NCBI GenBank assembly: GCA_965213685.1
Contig: CBDBZY010000064.1
Span: forward strand, 640,001 to 704,000
DNA length: 64,000 nucleotides
From: a bacterium
Lineage (GTDB): Bacteria; UBA8248
Direction of reading: 5' to 3'
Both the position numbers and the translations under genes were made by a program. Below are positions 31,406-43,608 of this stretch, piece after piece. Position 1 is the first letter of the stretch. The number at the start of each line of letters is the position of its first letter. The notes below the pieces were generated by a model. It searched no databases. It had not been told where the DNA came from and saw only the letters and a list, made by a program, of their open reading frames with translations.

Positions 31406-34400
31406 TCAAGCATGTGTAGAAGGCATTAATCGGTCTCTCTCAGTTGGATGTCTCTCATTCGGGTCACGAAGAGAAGGAAGATCATCATCATTGTCGCCTG
31501 CAGAAACCCTCTCCAGCCTCCACTTCTTGTACCTTGTTATCAACTTCTCTGTTGCAAGAACAATAACACACATGAGTGGTAGAAAAATCAGTACAGTTTG
31601 AATTGTCGATGTAATAATGACAGTCTTCTTCATAAATCGCTGCTCTCCTTTTCCATACACTGCTTCTGAGAAGTTGTACAGTGTAATACTATTGATGACA
31701 GTGAGGTTAGTGAGGAGCAAGGAATCAATTATGTTGTGTTTTCTTTCCTTGTAGGGTTGAAAAATTGCATGCAAAGCCAGGATTAGGATCAGCTGCAGTT
31801 CTACAACTGTATAAAACTGCAGCAGAGTTCGACAGTATGCGTAGGCAGCCAACGCAATTGCACGATAAAGAAAATATAAACCTGCAAAGAAGCGCAGGTT
31901 GTCTTTGAAAGAACTTTGAAAGGAATCCAGGAGTTGAATAGGCATTACTCTCCACAGCACAGTGGCAATCTTAGACTCGCTCAGTTTGCAAATGCCTAGT
32001 GCTTTAAAAGACAGCGGATAGAGTAGCAGGAGCAAGGGGGGAATAATGACTAATACAGTCAGAAAAATGATGGCTGTTGTTGCATACTTCAAATGCTCTG
32101 CACCCAGATAGTCCATGTGCCCACTACGATACACAACTGACTTCTCACATGACAGACCTTGGGAAAACAAGCAGAATTTGTTTAGGATTTGGAATGATAC
32201 TCGAGCGCACTGGGAATAACACAGCATGAAGAAGGCTGAAAAACCATGAATAAGGACACTCCTAGGCTTGTACATCTTCAGAAAGTAACAAAGTTTTCCA
32301 CATTTTCCTCTGCTGATAAGGATCGTTAACAAAACTAGGCCTAAGGCAACACCAACAGTCACATACTTCATCACCAATGCATCCATCACCGTAGCACTTT
32401 TCCACAAACAGAACGATAGGGACTCTAAGCTGAAAAAGTCTAAGTTAAAGAAACGATAGACAAAATGTTGTACATGGCGAATCATGACAACAAACTGTGG
32501 GAATTCTATTGCACCATTTGCATCAGTCGAAAGAGAGTCAAGGATCTGTGCAAACAGTACAAAACAACTTATGTTGCCATGTGTGAAGCTTATGTTGAAG
32601 ATTATTATGGCAATGAAGCAGAGTGTGAGGGGAAATACCTCTGACAGAATGTAGAACAACCAGCCCAAGTGGCACAGATTGTCCTCACCACATTTGTACT
32701 TCCAGGAATGGAAATGGACTGAGTGATTGGGTGCACATTTGCCACACACTCTTCCTGTTCTTGTGGGGCCACATATGAATTGATCTAATTCAGCTGATGA
32801 ATTTGGTAGAGTATGTGTATAGGAGGATGACCTTTTGGTAGTATTATATGAGCAGAATCCATATGGACAGTATGCTGTGCAGAGCTTTGTGATGTCACTT
32901 TCATCACAGTATCCCATCCAAAAGCCATTGATTAATAGAGCATTAGGATCACACCTTGCTATACCAAAGTACTCTGTTGCTGCACACTCACATCTTCCAC
33001 TCTGGTTATTGTGAGAGTATCCTGGTGGGCATGACACTAACATTATGTCCAAAATCAAAGTAACATCATATACTTCCAACATCAAGCTTGCAGAATAATT
33101 AGTAGTTCCCAAGACGTTAATTTTATTGTGAGACACTTGACCATATGCAGGGTCTACCATAACACCACCACCCTTTGACCTTATGGAAGCTCTGTAGACT
33201 ACGTCTGAGACTTTGTTGCTGGCTTCATCGGTGACATTTATGGCTAAAGAATATTCCGAGCCTGGAATCACTTCAAAGGGAAGGTTTTGTGACACATTGA
33301 AATTTACTGGGAATGTGGCAATTAATGAGGAGTTGCTGTTATTCCCATCATCAAAGTGAAAGTCACCAATGCAAGCCAGAATGTCCTGAGGGGATGAAAC
33401 ATGTGTGTCACTACAGTATTTCTTGCAAGGATGAAAAGAGGTTGCATATATTGAGTTACTGTTAGCATTTTGAGCACTGTTTTTAATAAAGTGAAATTCA
33501 GTGTTTGTCAATGGGTGCTCTGGGGAGTTGGGCTGAATGAGGCAGTTTTGGTAAGAGAGTTGTGGGATGAGGGTTTGAGAAAATATTGCACCTCCAGATA
33601 AAGATGCGGTATTACTCACAAAACAGAAGGTAGAGTCGTTGTGAATGTGAAGATTTGAAAATGCATACATTGCAATGGCACCACCATTGATTCCAGAGTT
33701 CATTGTGAATTCTACCTCAGAATGCTGGCTGAACTCCAGCACACTACCAGACAGGTAGACTGCTGAACCACTGTTGTTGACAAAGACTATGTTCTGTTCA
33801 AATGTCACCTTACATTGGCTGATGAATACTGTCCCGAACCCTGAAATACGTTTTCTGGTACTATTGCTTAATTTGACTGAGCGATGGGAAGCTTTGTTCA
33901 TAGAGAATGTGCAGTTGGAAAAGGATATATCTGACAGCACTCCTTGTTTGGTGTAGTCCCAGATACCAGGTGAGATGTACACAGCAGCTCCTGTTGGGGA
34001 ATGGTTGTTTGTCCAGACACTCTTCACAAAACGCACTGTGTTGTTTTGGGCCTCATGTTGTTTGGTACTGAAAACAGCTAATCCTCCACCCATTTTGGCA
34101 TAGTTGTGATGGAATTTGCACCTCTGGCACAAGAATGAGTTGTAATCAGGGACCATCTGCTTCACATCAGACTGCTTGTAGAGCATTAATCCAATTGCAA
34201 TTCCTCCACCTCCGTAGAGAGTGCACTCATTATCCCTAAATGCTGAGTTGTGAAGAGCAACACTGTTGTTTTTTGGAGAGTTTAGCCATTCCGCATTGAG
34301 TCCCCCACCCCATAGCCTAGCTGAGTTGCTTCTAAACATAGTGTCCTTAATGATAACAGTGTTGTATGATGAGCTATCGAAATATCCGATGTAAAGTCCA

Positions 34401-35308
34401 CCACCCCAGTATGCTGCATGGTTATGCTGGAAGACACACTGAACAATGTGTATAACATTATTGGAGGTATTAGACCCAATTTTTATGTACATCCCACCAC
34501 CTTGCCCACTGCTTGGAACAACTGAATGTGGTGTGTAATATTTCACTGTTTCATTCATTTTATCACCTGCATAGTTGTGTGCAAAGGTAGTGTTGCGTAT
34601 GGTGTATGTGGCGTCTCTACCAACACTCTCACACTGTGTACAGTTGCAAGGGGTACAGCTAGTGAACTTAATGTTTAGTCCACCCCCTCCAGCTGTTAAT
34701 GGATGCTTCATTGAGTTGGTGTGAAGAGCACAATTTTCAATTGTCACCACTCCATTTGTGTTGTGAACAGAAAGACCTGTACCATTGGAGTGTGTTAGAA
34801 CTACATACCGTATATTCAAGTGGATGCAGTTGAGAATGTACAAGGCAGAGTTGAGGAACAAAGCCGTATTTGATTCTGCATCATAGCTATCATGCTGCAC
34901 TCCACAGTGCTGGAGAGTCACTGACGAAATAGTAAGATTCTGAATACAAGCAAAATACAAACCAGCATCTGGCATACTGCAGTTGATTACTATTCCAGTA
35001 CTGGTATTTGCTGGTGTGAGAGTGAGATCAGTGAATTGAAAAAACTTCACATGTGATGTCATGTTCAGGTGAGGACTGTGAACTTCAATCACCAGTGGGC
35101 TGTTCTTCAATTGCTGTAAGTTGTTAGCGACAAATTCAAGAGACTTGCACATATGCTCTGAAGAATTTGAAATCAAACATGTTTCATTATCAAATCCATC
35201 CTTGCCATCGATGTAGACAAAATGCCCTTTATCAGATGTACTGCTAACATTCCAAGACATCCAAACCACTAGCAGAAGAGCTAGAGTACCACTCTTTACA
35301 ATGGCCAT
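31406..35308 (-). CDS. 1300-aa intronless cell-surface protein: signal peptide, pectin-lyase-like beta-helix repeats (FxxN..GGA/GGG), Cys-rich stalk, multi-pass TM C-terminus
   Basis: Long uninterrupted ORF. Repeated FxxNxA..GGG/GGAI motifs, CPPGY..CEC and CGPTRTGRVCGKC, seven or more hydrophobic segments and a QPYK..HNIID motif. TATAAATA lies ~45 bp upstream. Confidence 0.85.
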   Translation of the reverse strand: MAIVKSGTLALLLVVWMSWNVSSTSDKGHFVYIDGKDGFDNETCLISNSSEHMCKSLEFVANNLQQLKNSPLVIEVHSPHLNMTSHVKFFQFTDLTLTPANTSTGIVINCSMPDAGLYFACIQNLTISSVTLQHCGVQHDSYDAESNTALFLNSALYILNCIHLNIRYVVLTHSNGTGLSVHNTNGVVTIENCALHTNSMKHPLTAGGGGLNIKFTSCTPCNCTQCESVGRDATYTIRNTTFAHNYAGDKMNETVKYYTPHSVVPSSGQGGGMYIKIGSNTSNNVIHIVQCVFQHNHAAYWGGGLYIGYFDSSSYNTVIIKDTMFRSNSARLWGGGLNAEWLNSPKNNSVALHNSAFRDNECTLYGGGGIAIGLMLYKQSDVKQMVPDYNSFLCQRCKFHHNYAKMGGGLAVFSTKQHEAQNNTVRFVKSVWTNNHSPTGAAVYISPGIWDYTKQGVLSDISFSNCTFSMNKASHRSVKLSNSTRKRISGFGTVFISQCKVTFEQNIVFVNNSGSAVYLSGSVLEFSQHSEVEFTMNSGINGGAIAMYAFSNLHIHNDSTFCFVSNTASLSGGAIFSQTLIPQLSYQNCLIQPNSPEHPLTNTEFHFIKNSAQNANSNSIYATSFHPCKKYCSDTHVSSPQDILACIGDFHFDDGNNSNSSLIATFPVNFNVSQNLPFEVIPGSEYSLAINVTDEASNKVSDVVYRASIRSKGGGVMVDPAYGQVSHNKINVLGTTNYSASLMLEVYDVTLILDIMLVSCPPGYSHNNQSGRCECAATEYFGIARCDPNALLINGFWMGYCDESDITKLCTAYCPYGFCSYNTTKRSSSYTHTLPNSSAELDQFICGPTRTGRVCGKCAPNHSVHFHSWKYKCGEDNLCHLGWLFYILSEVFPLTLCFIAIIIFNISFTHGNISCFVLFAQILDSLSTDANGAIEFPQFVVMIRHVQHFVYRFFNLDFFSLESLSFCLWKSATVMDALVMKYVTVGVALGLVLLTILISRGKCGKLCYFLKMYKPRSVLIHGFSAFFMLCYSQCARVSFQILNKFCLFSQGLSCEKSVVYRSGHMDYLGAEHLKYATTAIIFLTVLVIIPPLLLLLYPLSFKALGICKLSESKIATVLWRVMPIQLLDSFQSSFKDNLRFFAGLYFLYRAIALAAYAYCRTLLQFYTVVELQLILILALHAIFQPYKERKHNIIDSLLLTNLTVINSITLYNFSEAVYGKGEQRFMKKTVIITSTIQTVLIFLPLMCVIVLATEKLITRYKKWRLERVSAGDNDDDLPSLRDPNERHPTERDRLMPSTHA

Positions 35309-35509
35309 CCTCTGGACTGCTCTTAACTAAAATGCAGTACATGGCATAGTGCTATTTATACCACTTCATGCACAGAATTGTGACTTACTGCACCTTTTGT
35401 GTAGGCTTGGGACAGCATCATGAATACTGAACACTTTCATTGTTTCTTCATGTATCCAAAAACACTCAGTTGCTTATGCTTGGGAACAACAGAAGCGTTT
35501 CTAAACTGT

Positions 35510-35990
35510 CATCTAAAAGAGTCATCTGTTCAGTGATGGAGAGGGACCATGCAATGCAACAGTAAGATTCTAAACACAAGCAAAAGACAAACCAGCATGT
35601 ACCGCAGTCAACTACTATTCCCATACTTCAGTTTGCTGGTGTGAGAGTGAGATACAGTGAATTGAACAAACTGCACATGTGATGTCACATTAAATTTAGT
35701 ACTGTGATTTTAAATCAAAAGTGGACTGTTCTTCAACTGTCATGAGTTGTTAGTGATGAATGCAAGAGATTTGCATATACACTCTGAAAAAGTTTTCATT
35801 ATCAGATCCACCTTTGCCATCAATGTTGACAAAATTCCTTCTGTTCGATGTACTACTAACATTTTAAAGCATCCAAACCTCTAGCAGGAGAGCTAGAGTA
35901 CTTCTATTTACAAAGGCCATCCTCTATGTTACTCATACATGAAAGAGTGCTATATATATATACCACTTTGTGTGCACAGACTTGTGGTTG
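35510..35990 (-). pseudogene. Truncated, deleted tandem duplicate of the 5' end of the 1300-aa gene
   Basis: Collinear with ~34900-35390 (TTTGCTGGTGTGAGAGTGAGAT, ACATGTGATGTCA, CTAGCAG.AGAGCTAGAGTAC, GGCCATCCTCT). The upstream flank resumes at ~37100-37170, matching 35440-35495. Confidence 0.8.
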
Positions 35991-36002
35991 CTAAACTGAG
36001 AA

Positions 36003-36944
36003 CAGGCCCGTACGCAGGGGGGGTTCGGGGGGGTTCGGACGAACCCCCCTTTCCGCAGGCATACCCTTAATTGCCGTTAGAAAGCTGTGCAGAACTCCGG
36101 GAAGCTTCACCTCACGCCCGGCGAATTCTACAGGGACCAGTTCACGATGCACAACGGGGCTACGCTGATTACCGCTCAGTTCTGGGATCGATGAACTGTG
36201 AAGGCGGGCCGGTGCCACAGGCCATGGCCGCCCCAGTTTTTGGCCCCCTCCCCCAATATTACGATATCTTCAAGCCCAGATACGTAGTCGGCACCTCGAA
36301 AAGTTCAATTCGCTGCCAGGCGATTATCGCGTCGTATGCACGTGCAGATTCTTACGCATGCTACAGAAGAAGGCGTGGTGTTCCTAGTCACGTTTCCAGA
36401 TGCAAAGGTGCGTGGATGCCGTTTCCTCTCTTTCAGAGAGCACGCTATCAGACGTAACTTCGCAGCCGCTTTCACCTCTGAACAGGGACATAGCCGCTAA
36501 TACGTTTGGTTTCAAGCGAATAGCTTTCTGCCATCACTAGATCTAAATTACTATGTTGCATGCATGTACAGTTGCTCACTAACTTTAGCCGTACAAACTA
36601 ACATGCAATTTACTCTTGCAGTATTACCCCCAAATTGCTCTAGATGCGATCTCAGCATGACTAAAATTCAAAAATTTTCTGGGGGGGCATGCCCCCAGAC
36701 CCCCCTATACTAGGGCGCGCTTCGTGCGCCACAACTCTCGCCAGCGTATCAGTTCATACTCGAGTTCTACACCCTGCTTCACGGCCACCCCACTTTAAAA
36801 AAGCTGGCGCCGGCCCTGGAAGGCGAAAAGCGTGGTTTTGCTGCCACTTGACGGTGCGTGTGTAGTTCAGGATAGACCGCATTATCAGCAATTTGCCAAA
36901 GAAGTTATCGAACCCCCCTTTTAAGAATCCTGCGTAGGGGCCTG
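36003..36944. mobile_element. hAT-like MITE with 5-bp TSD and a nested related fragment
   Basis: GAGAA|CAGGCCCGTACGCAGG ... CCTGCGTAGGGGCCTG|GAGAA. An internal second terminus CTGGCGCCGGCCCTG sits at ~36805-36818. Confidence 0.75.
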
Positions 36945-37959
36945 GAGAAGAGGTACATGTATAGGGCACCTGATACGTATAATGGGCATACTTATAACAG
37001 GTGTGTAGATAAATTTGGGGAAGGGCCTCACAGATTGCTATGCTTATTACTGCACTCACTTATGTAGTTTGAAACAGCAACATCTCAATTAGAAATAGTG
37101 AAATTAACTTTTGTTGCTCATTGCATGTATCTACAAAAACCCAATTGTTTATGATATGGGAGCAACAGAACAGTCATCTTCTTACAGTTCTATATAGGCC
37201 ACTTCATGGTCTGTCTATGTTGTATTCCCATTAACCTACAAAATGGTGGTCTACAATCTCATTACCTTTGACTACATTCACACCAGCACCACCCAAGCAC
37301 TCTCCCACTGATAATGATGACTCGAACGGATGAATGTTAGGATAATAAATGCTAGGAGATTTAATGCACATGCGCAAACTCGTGCTTCTTGTTACATTAT
37401 GTACTAAGTGGAAACAGTAATAAACTGTGGGGCCGGGCTCAGAAGAGAAGAAAACGCAGAAAGTAGCTACTAAGCGCTTACTCCATGTGTATGCATGTCT
37501 GTTATTCGCTCACACACAGCAGGTACATTATGAATAATGAGCATCACAACCGTTGGTCTAGGTCCTGCAGACTCGGGACCTGTGGTACTGACTCCGGCAC
37601 ACCTGTACATCTGCTGTGTACATCATACATGGTGCTGGATGACTACCTATTGCATCATCCTGATTAATAATGACTACCTGCAGTTGCAAAACTACAAGTG
37701 CAAGTCTTGCTACAATGGGTCAGAATGCCTAAGTGCATGTCGCGTAGATGCATTGAGTATTAGGCACATTACAAGCTGCCCTCCAGTATATATACCTCTC
37801 AATAGCTCTTCAAACTTCATGCAACTACATAATGCACATGATAGACATGTATGTGTGTGCTCAATGTACTCTTCACGCACCATGAAGTTTGACTCATGCT
37901 TTTATCATGTGCAGAGGATGTTATGATTGTAACAATACTGGTACACTGTATTCTGAACA

Positions 37960-40154
37960 TAGTCTGGTTAGCAAATGGACTTACCTTTTCCAAACCATCC
38001 CAGACATCAACAGCATCTTAGATCCTTTGGAACTCACCCTCAGGACCAAATTCATCCCTGCCTTGACAGGAAGGCCACCCTCTAATGATCAAGAATGCAA
38101 CTTGTTGCCTCGGAGGTCTTGGCTCAATGAATCCAGTGAAACAGTCTGCCATGGCGCTCTCTGCCTCTCAAAGGATCTCTGGACCCTTGAAAGTCTGTAT
38201 TACCCAGCAGATCCCTGAAATCCCATTTGAGGCTTGGGAGGAACAAAATATATACTCAAGAGGCTGCCCTAGCAATCCTGCCTTTGACAACGCGCCCAGT
38301 GCAGGTGGAGCCAGTTTTACGTGAACGTACACATAACAAATTGTTGGTTATACATGGAGATAGCTTACCTGTCACTCTCCCTGAGTGACTGCACTTACCA
38401 AACCTACCTCTTCTCTGCCCCCCAACCACAGTGCCATCCCTTGGATCCCCAGCCGAGGACTGAGACTGAGGCTGGGTAGAGCATGGTTCTCCGTATAATT
38501 TAACCTCCCATAAATTGATTATATACTCCTTCACTGAAGCAAGCATAGAATCGAAATTCTCTGTCTAAAGCTTAAGCTCACAACCTAACGCAAAAGAATC
38601 CCTCTCAATAGCTTCAAAGTCTTTAAAAGCCTCTCCTAATGTGGCCCTAAGCTTAACCATGAACTCATTCCTACTATCCTTGTAAGCAGGACACTCCCAT
38701 AATACATGGACAATGCTCTCACACTCAATGCCACATAAAATACACTCAGTCATGCCCTTCCTTCCCCTATGCTTACCTAACTCCTCATTCAAACCATGTG
38801 TTCCTGACCTAAACTTAAACAACAGTCTAGTTCCAGCATCACTAACCCCATGAAGGTACCTCTTGAACTCTACTTCCTTAACAAATGTTTTATACAACTC
38901 TAACCTAACCTTGCTATTCAATCCTTCCACATATTCCTTACTTTTCCTATTACTTACACATTCATTCACATTTGACAAAAACAGGCTTAATGGACATTGC
39001 CCCTTCTGAATATCATCCAACAATTCTCCCTTATGCAATCCTAGCACATCAAATAATTCATCTACATACTTATTCCAAGGCTTCCTCTGTCTTCCTCTAC
39101 GTGGCTTCACCTTCCATTCCTGATTAAAAAGCCACCTCGATACCTCCTTACTAGCATCGATGCTAGTTTGTACCACCACCTAAGCTTAGCTTTGTCTCTA
39201 TGACTCTTCAAGGTTTCTAAACCCATGTCTCTTCTAACTGCCTCATAACAACAGCAGGCCAAAACTGAAATCCACACAGAGAGACGTTCACTGGAATTTG
39301 AAAGAACTTCTGTCTTAATTCTCTTCCTAATTTCCTTCAACAGTCAATGTCCCTAGCTCAAGAGAGAGGAGCCTCAAGCTGGCGGACTGCCCTACCCATT
39401 TCAGAATTAGGCTTTGCTTTGCACAAAGGGGCTTTTCATGATGCTCCGTGTTTGCGGTACGGATGGCAACTGGCACGGACACCAGAAAGTGCGACTGTGG
39501 CCATCAATTTTCTGTGGAACATGCTCTATCATGCCCTATGGGGGGTTTCCATCTCTGAGACATAATGAGATTCGGGATCTCACTGCAAATCTCCTCTCTG
39601 AGGTGTGCAATAACATTTCCATCGAACCCCACCTGCAACCATTAGCTGAAGAGCACCTCTTTCAAGCCACAGCCAATTTGCAAGATGGTGCACGTTTGGA
39701 TGTGGCTGCAAACAGATTATGGGGGGGTCGTTATGAGCAAACCTACCTTGACATCAAGGTATTTAACCCCTTAGCTCCCTCTAACCGGCATTGTAACCCT
39801 TCTTCTTGCTATCGCAAACACGAAAACCAGAAGAAAAGAGAGTATGAGCAAAGAATCCTGGAGACCGAGCATGCCTCCTTCTCACGAATTGTGCTGGCAT
39901 GTACTGGAGGTCTTGGGGCATATTGCTACATCTACTTACAAACGCATAGCCTCCTCCTTGCAGACAAGTGGGATCAAGCCTACAGCTCCACAATGTGCTG
40001 GCTTAGATGTATACTGTCTTTTTCACTACTTCAATCATCCATTCAAGCTATTCGTGGATCACGTTCTTCAGCAGGCAGAGCCCTCATATCAAGCTACCCT
40101 CTCATCGACCGGGCGATCTCTGAGTCACGGGTGTCGCCTCGCTGCGGTGCCTGA
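37960..40154 (+). mobile_element. 3' part of a CRE-like non-LTR retrotransposon (restriction-like endonuclease), split by an insertion
   Basis: SKWTYLFQTIP..PLELTLR..IPALTG, GGLG, GASSW..LP, GGFPSLRHNEIRD..IEPHLQPL..DGARLDV..DIKVFNP..HENQKKREY. Frameshifted. Confidence 0.8.
38247..39246 (-). mobile_element. 5'-truncated LINE 3' end (C-terminal CCHC domain; RTEX/Proto-like, clade uncertain) inserted into the CRE-like element
   Basis: EAVRRDMGLETL..LELYKTF..LLFKFRSGTHGLNEELG..CILCGIECESIVHVLWECPAY. Host sequence EAWEEQ|..|QQQAKTEI resumes after it. Possible AACAA duplication at the junctions. Confidence 0.75.
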
Positions 40155-40348
40155 ACTCTGTGGCATTTTATAGGTGGACACTAAGCTCACTGATTTCAAA
40201 CAGTTTTGGCAATTGGCTGCTTGTTTATTGTTCTATTTTTTAACAGCTTATTTGGTTTATTATGCACTTGTACAGTTCCACTTCCTTTTCCTTGTTTCTT
40301 CTCTCTGCATTTGTCTGCCTGTTTATCCCTTCTCAAAATTAACTGAGC

Positions 40349-40880
40349 ATAGTCTCGCGAGCCATACGTATTTTGCGCAACGCACGCAGTGTGCGCAGGA
40401 AAAGGGGGAGGGAAGAAAACATGTCGGACAGAACTTTGCGTAAAAGTGATGTAATTGCCATGATGTACAGCGCAAACGCCAGCCCGTTGACCTCTGACCC
40501 TAGCCCCAGCGCAAACGCAAATCCGTTGACCTCTGACCCTAGCCCCACCTACCACGACTGAGCCCCACCCACATAGAAAATGCCAAGGCTAATGGTGAGT
40601 GCCGTGGTGTGCACAAAACAGGATATTGGTACACACTGATATTAGAAAGTGTGGGAAGCAAAAGGAGAAGTGAAAGTGGCTGAGTGGATTAGAGGAAGTT
40701 TGCAAGACAGTGTCATGTGGTAGGACTAGAAGTTGCAATCATGTACTGATAAAAGTAATGGGCACTCTGCTGTTTGTCACCATTAGATAAAGGCAAACAA
40801 GCTGTGTGTGTCTTTACCATGCAGTAAGCTAGTCTCGCGAGCCAGACCCTTGTAAATCGGGGGTCTGGCTCGGTGACAAG
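40349..40880. repeat. Two TAGTCTCGCGAGCCA-headed palindromic repeats (Academ-like termini)
   Basis: TAGTCTCGCGAGCCA at 40350 and 40830; the second forms the hairpin CGAGCCAGACCC..GGGTCTGGCTCG. A short direct repeat CCGTTGACCTCTGACCCTAGCCCCA occurs twice. Confidence 0.4.
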
Positions 40881-40959
40881 AGCAGCTTCAAGACTTGACA
40901 GTTCAGCCTGGGTGAGCTATGAGTAGCTATATGACTGTAATGTATGAATGTAATGTCTT

Positions 40960-43430
40960 TATGGAGCCAGAAGTTGTGTTGGTTCATTGGTAGGGCAGTC
41001 AGCCAGGCAGAAGCTCCACGTTGACTGATTAGGGTCAAAGAGAGACTTAAACTTGGGAAAACTTCACTCATTAAAGATTCTCTCTTTAACTCATTTTGGC
41101 TCCTTAGGTTACGTTTCACTCCAATGGCCTGTTCATAAGCGTAAGAGATATATGAACTTTCTTCTGGTTGTAAAATAGCCTCTTGCAGAGGAGAACAAAT
41201 TTGTACAGCTGCTTCATAGGCCTGTTGGGATTAAGATGCTGGATTTGGTATATGCCCAGCCCTCCTAGGTGGACTGGAAGTTCAAGGACTGTCCGTACTA
41301 CTTCACTCAAAGCTGTTTGGCCTGTGATGGATGGTAGCAGCCTGTGACAAATGGCTTCCTCCAAGGGTTGGAATAGGTGTGACGTGTTTGGAATTGTGCG
41401 TTGAAGATAAGTCCCCATTTGGACATGACACCATGTGCGAGAGCTGAGTAGGCAGCATGTGGCTGGGATTGAGCAGTGTTACAGAGTGTGTCCAGCACTT
41501 TTATCCAGCCAGACACCTTGGAGGAGACAAACTCGTCAACAAAACATTGTTGACCTATGGCTGCCCCAAGATAAGGGCGACCTTTGTCTGAGATCTGAAT
41601 GCCTGTATTGGGGAACACATTGTGTGCTTGTTCGACTAAGTGGGGGTTGACGACTAGCCAGCACTTGTTGACATTGACTTCATACCCAAAGCATGGGCCC
41701 AGGCTATCCCACCATTCACAAAGGTTGGTGAGGCGGAAAGCTGCAGCTGAGTCATCTGCAAACCATATCTGGGTAGTATTGGCACCTTTCTGGTTGGGCT
41801 TTCTGAATAGAGGTGTAGCCCCTAGAGCATACATGGCCATACCGAGGGGGTCGCCTTGTGTTGTGCCCTCTTTGGACCAAATAATTTTGCCATTTGACAT
41901 GTGCATTGCTACGGGATCTTGATAGCAGTTGATTAAGATGTGAGCCAATGATGGACAAATAGTCTGAGTATTACGAAGGGTTGCCTGTCAGTTCAGTTGA
42001 TTGAATGCATTTGTGGTGTCAACCAACAAGACTCCTTCTGTAGAGAACCTCTCAAAGAGAGAACGCAGAGCGTGTACTCCTACTTCAAAACCTGCTAGTT
42101 GACCAGCACAGAGTTGAGTTGGGCCTGTGGCTTGCATGATGTCATCCTTGACTATAAGGCCATGATAGCCTTTCCAATTATTCTCCTAACAACTTCACAG
42201 ATACCAATTGGTCAAATACCAGGGGATTTGTCAGGCAACAAGAATTGTATGCTTCTACACCTTCAGGGTGCAAATAGGAGGTGCAGAGATGATGAGCCAT
42301 GTGAGCTAAGGCTTTGCACAAGTCAGAGGAAGAGCGACCAAAGGAACAACATAGGCATCTCCAACCTGCAGCATCTATCCCTGAAGGCCCGGCACCCCCT
42401 TTTGTACACAGAGCTGCAGATCAAATGGATGATTCATTAATCCTGGATTGGATGAGGGCCAGGAGAGGGAACATTCTGCAAGTGAATCAGTACTGGCTTG
42501 TTGGCTATCTGGGTGCTTTTCTTTGAGGAGTTCCATCACAGATCTCTTGGTACCTCCGGGAACCTCCACAATCTTGGAAGGGTTTAAAAGGCTGCTGCTG
42601 GAGTCCTCTGACAGCAGTTGAAGATTGAGCACCTTGAATCTTCCCAGAGGACATGAGATGTGCAAACCTTACAGCCAGACATGATTCACTTGTTTCGAAA
42701 GATCTATAATTTGGAAGGTATATATTTCTGAATTGTTCTTCCCACTTGGATAAGATCATTCATCCTACCCTCCTTCCAGAGAATTAATTGCTTGCTAAGG
42801 CACCGGCTGTGTTCTTTGCATGGTGTTTGATTTTCAGGATGGTTTCTGGAGTAGAAGTACTGGGGCAGTCATTGCAGCCTTAAGGGCGATACATTCCATT
42901 GCCATGGCTTGTGTAAATGCTTCGAATAATCTGGTAAGCTCATCTACAAATGACTCTTCAACAGCACCAGTTGGAACAAGAGATATATTCCGACGCCATG
43001 ACCTAGTTTCCTTGTAAGCTGCCGTTGTGGCAGCACAAAATTCAGGGCCATCAACACATCGTTCTCCTTTTCCCCACTTAAACAGTGGCGGAGAGAGTGG
43101 CTCTGGGGAAGGGAGGGGAGGTACTTGCTCTTCGCGCTGCGGCAGAGGTGGCGCTGATGTGCCCTGCGATGGTGTTGGCACTGACAATGGTAGATCAGTC
43201 GGAGATAGCGACGTGCCCTGCGATGGCGATGGCGATGGCAATGGCGATGAAGAGAGTACCTCATTCGAGGGAGGTGACGTTGACTGGTCAAGTCCGAGAG
43301 TCCGCTAATTTGGAACGGTATTTTGGCATCTCTGCTTTCTTGACGGCAAGCAGTTCGTGCAAATGCGCTTGTAGTCACAGCGAACACAACGACTACTATA
43401 CCGTTACACCGACAGCAGGTCATCTAGCTT
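40960..43430 (-). mobile_element. Second degenerate CRE-like non-LTR retrotransposon (N-terminus through RT)
   Basis: Cys-rich N-terminus, AMECIALKAAM..LLLQKP, RT motifs EGTTQGDPLGMAMYALG, WFADD, GY.VN..KCWL, YLGA.IG, LP..LGGLGI, GASAWLTALP. Multiple frameshifts. Confidence 0.85.
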
Positions 43431-43608
43431 ACTGTTCAAAAACTCCTAGCTGCTAGACTCTACATTACACACTACATTATCTATGGTCCCATGATAGAAT
43501 CATGGCAATTACATCACTTTTACGCAAAAATCTGCACGACCATCCTCATTACGGATGTACGTATAACTAACAACACAGGGTCTTAGTGCAGTGACTCCTC
43601 GATTCTTC

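Noticed and set aside
31406-35308. Bacterial contamination or recent horizontal transfer of a Pmp autotransporter
   Set aside because: No autotransporter beta-barrel; eukaryotic signal peptide, Cys-rich stalk, helical TMs, TATA box and host repeats on both sides.
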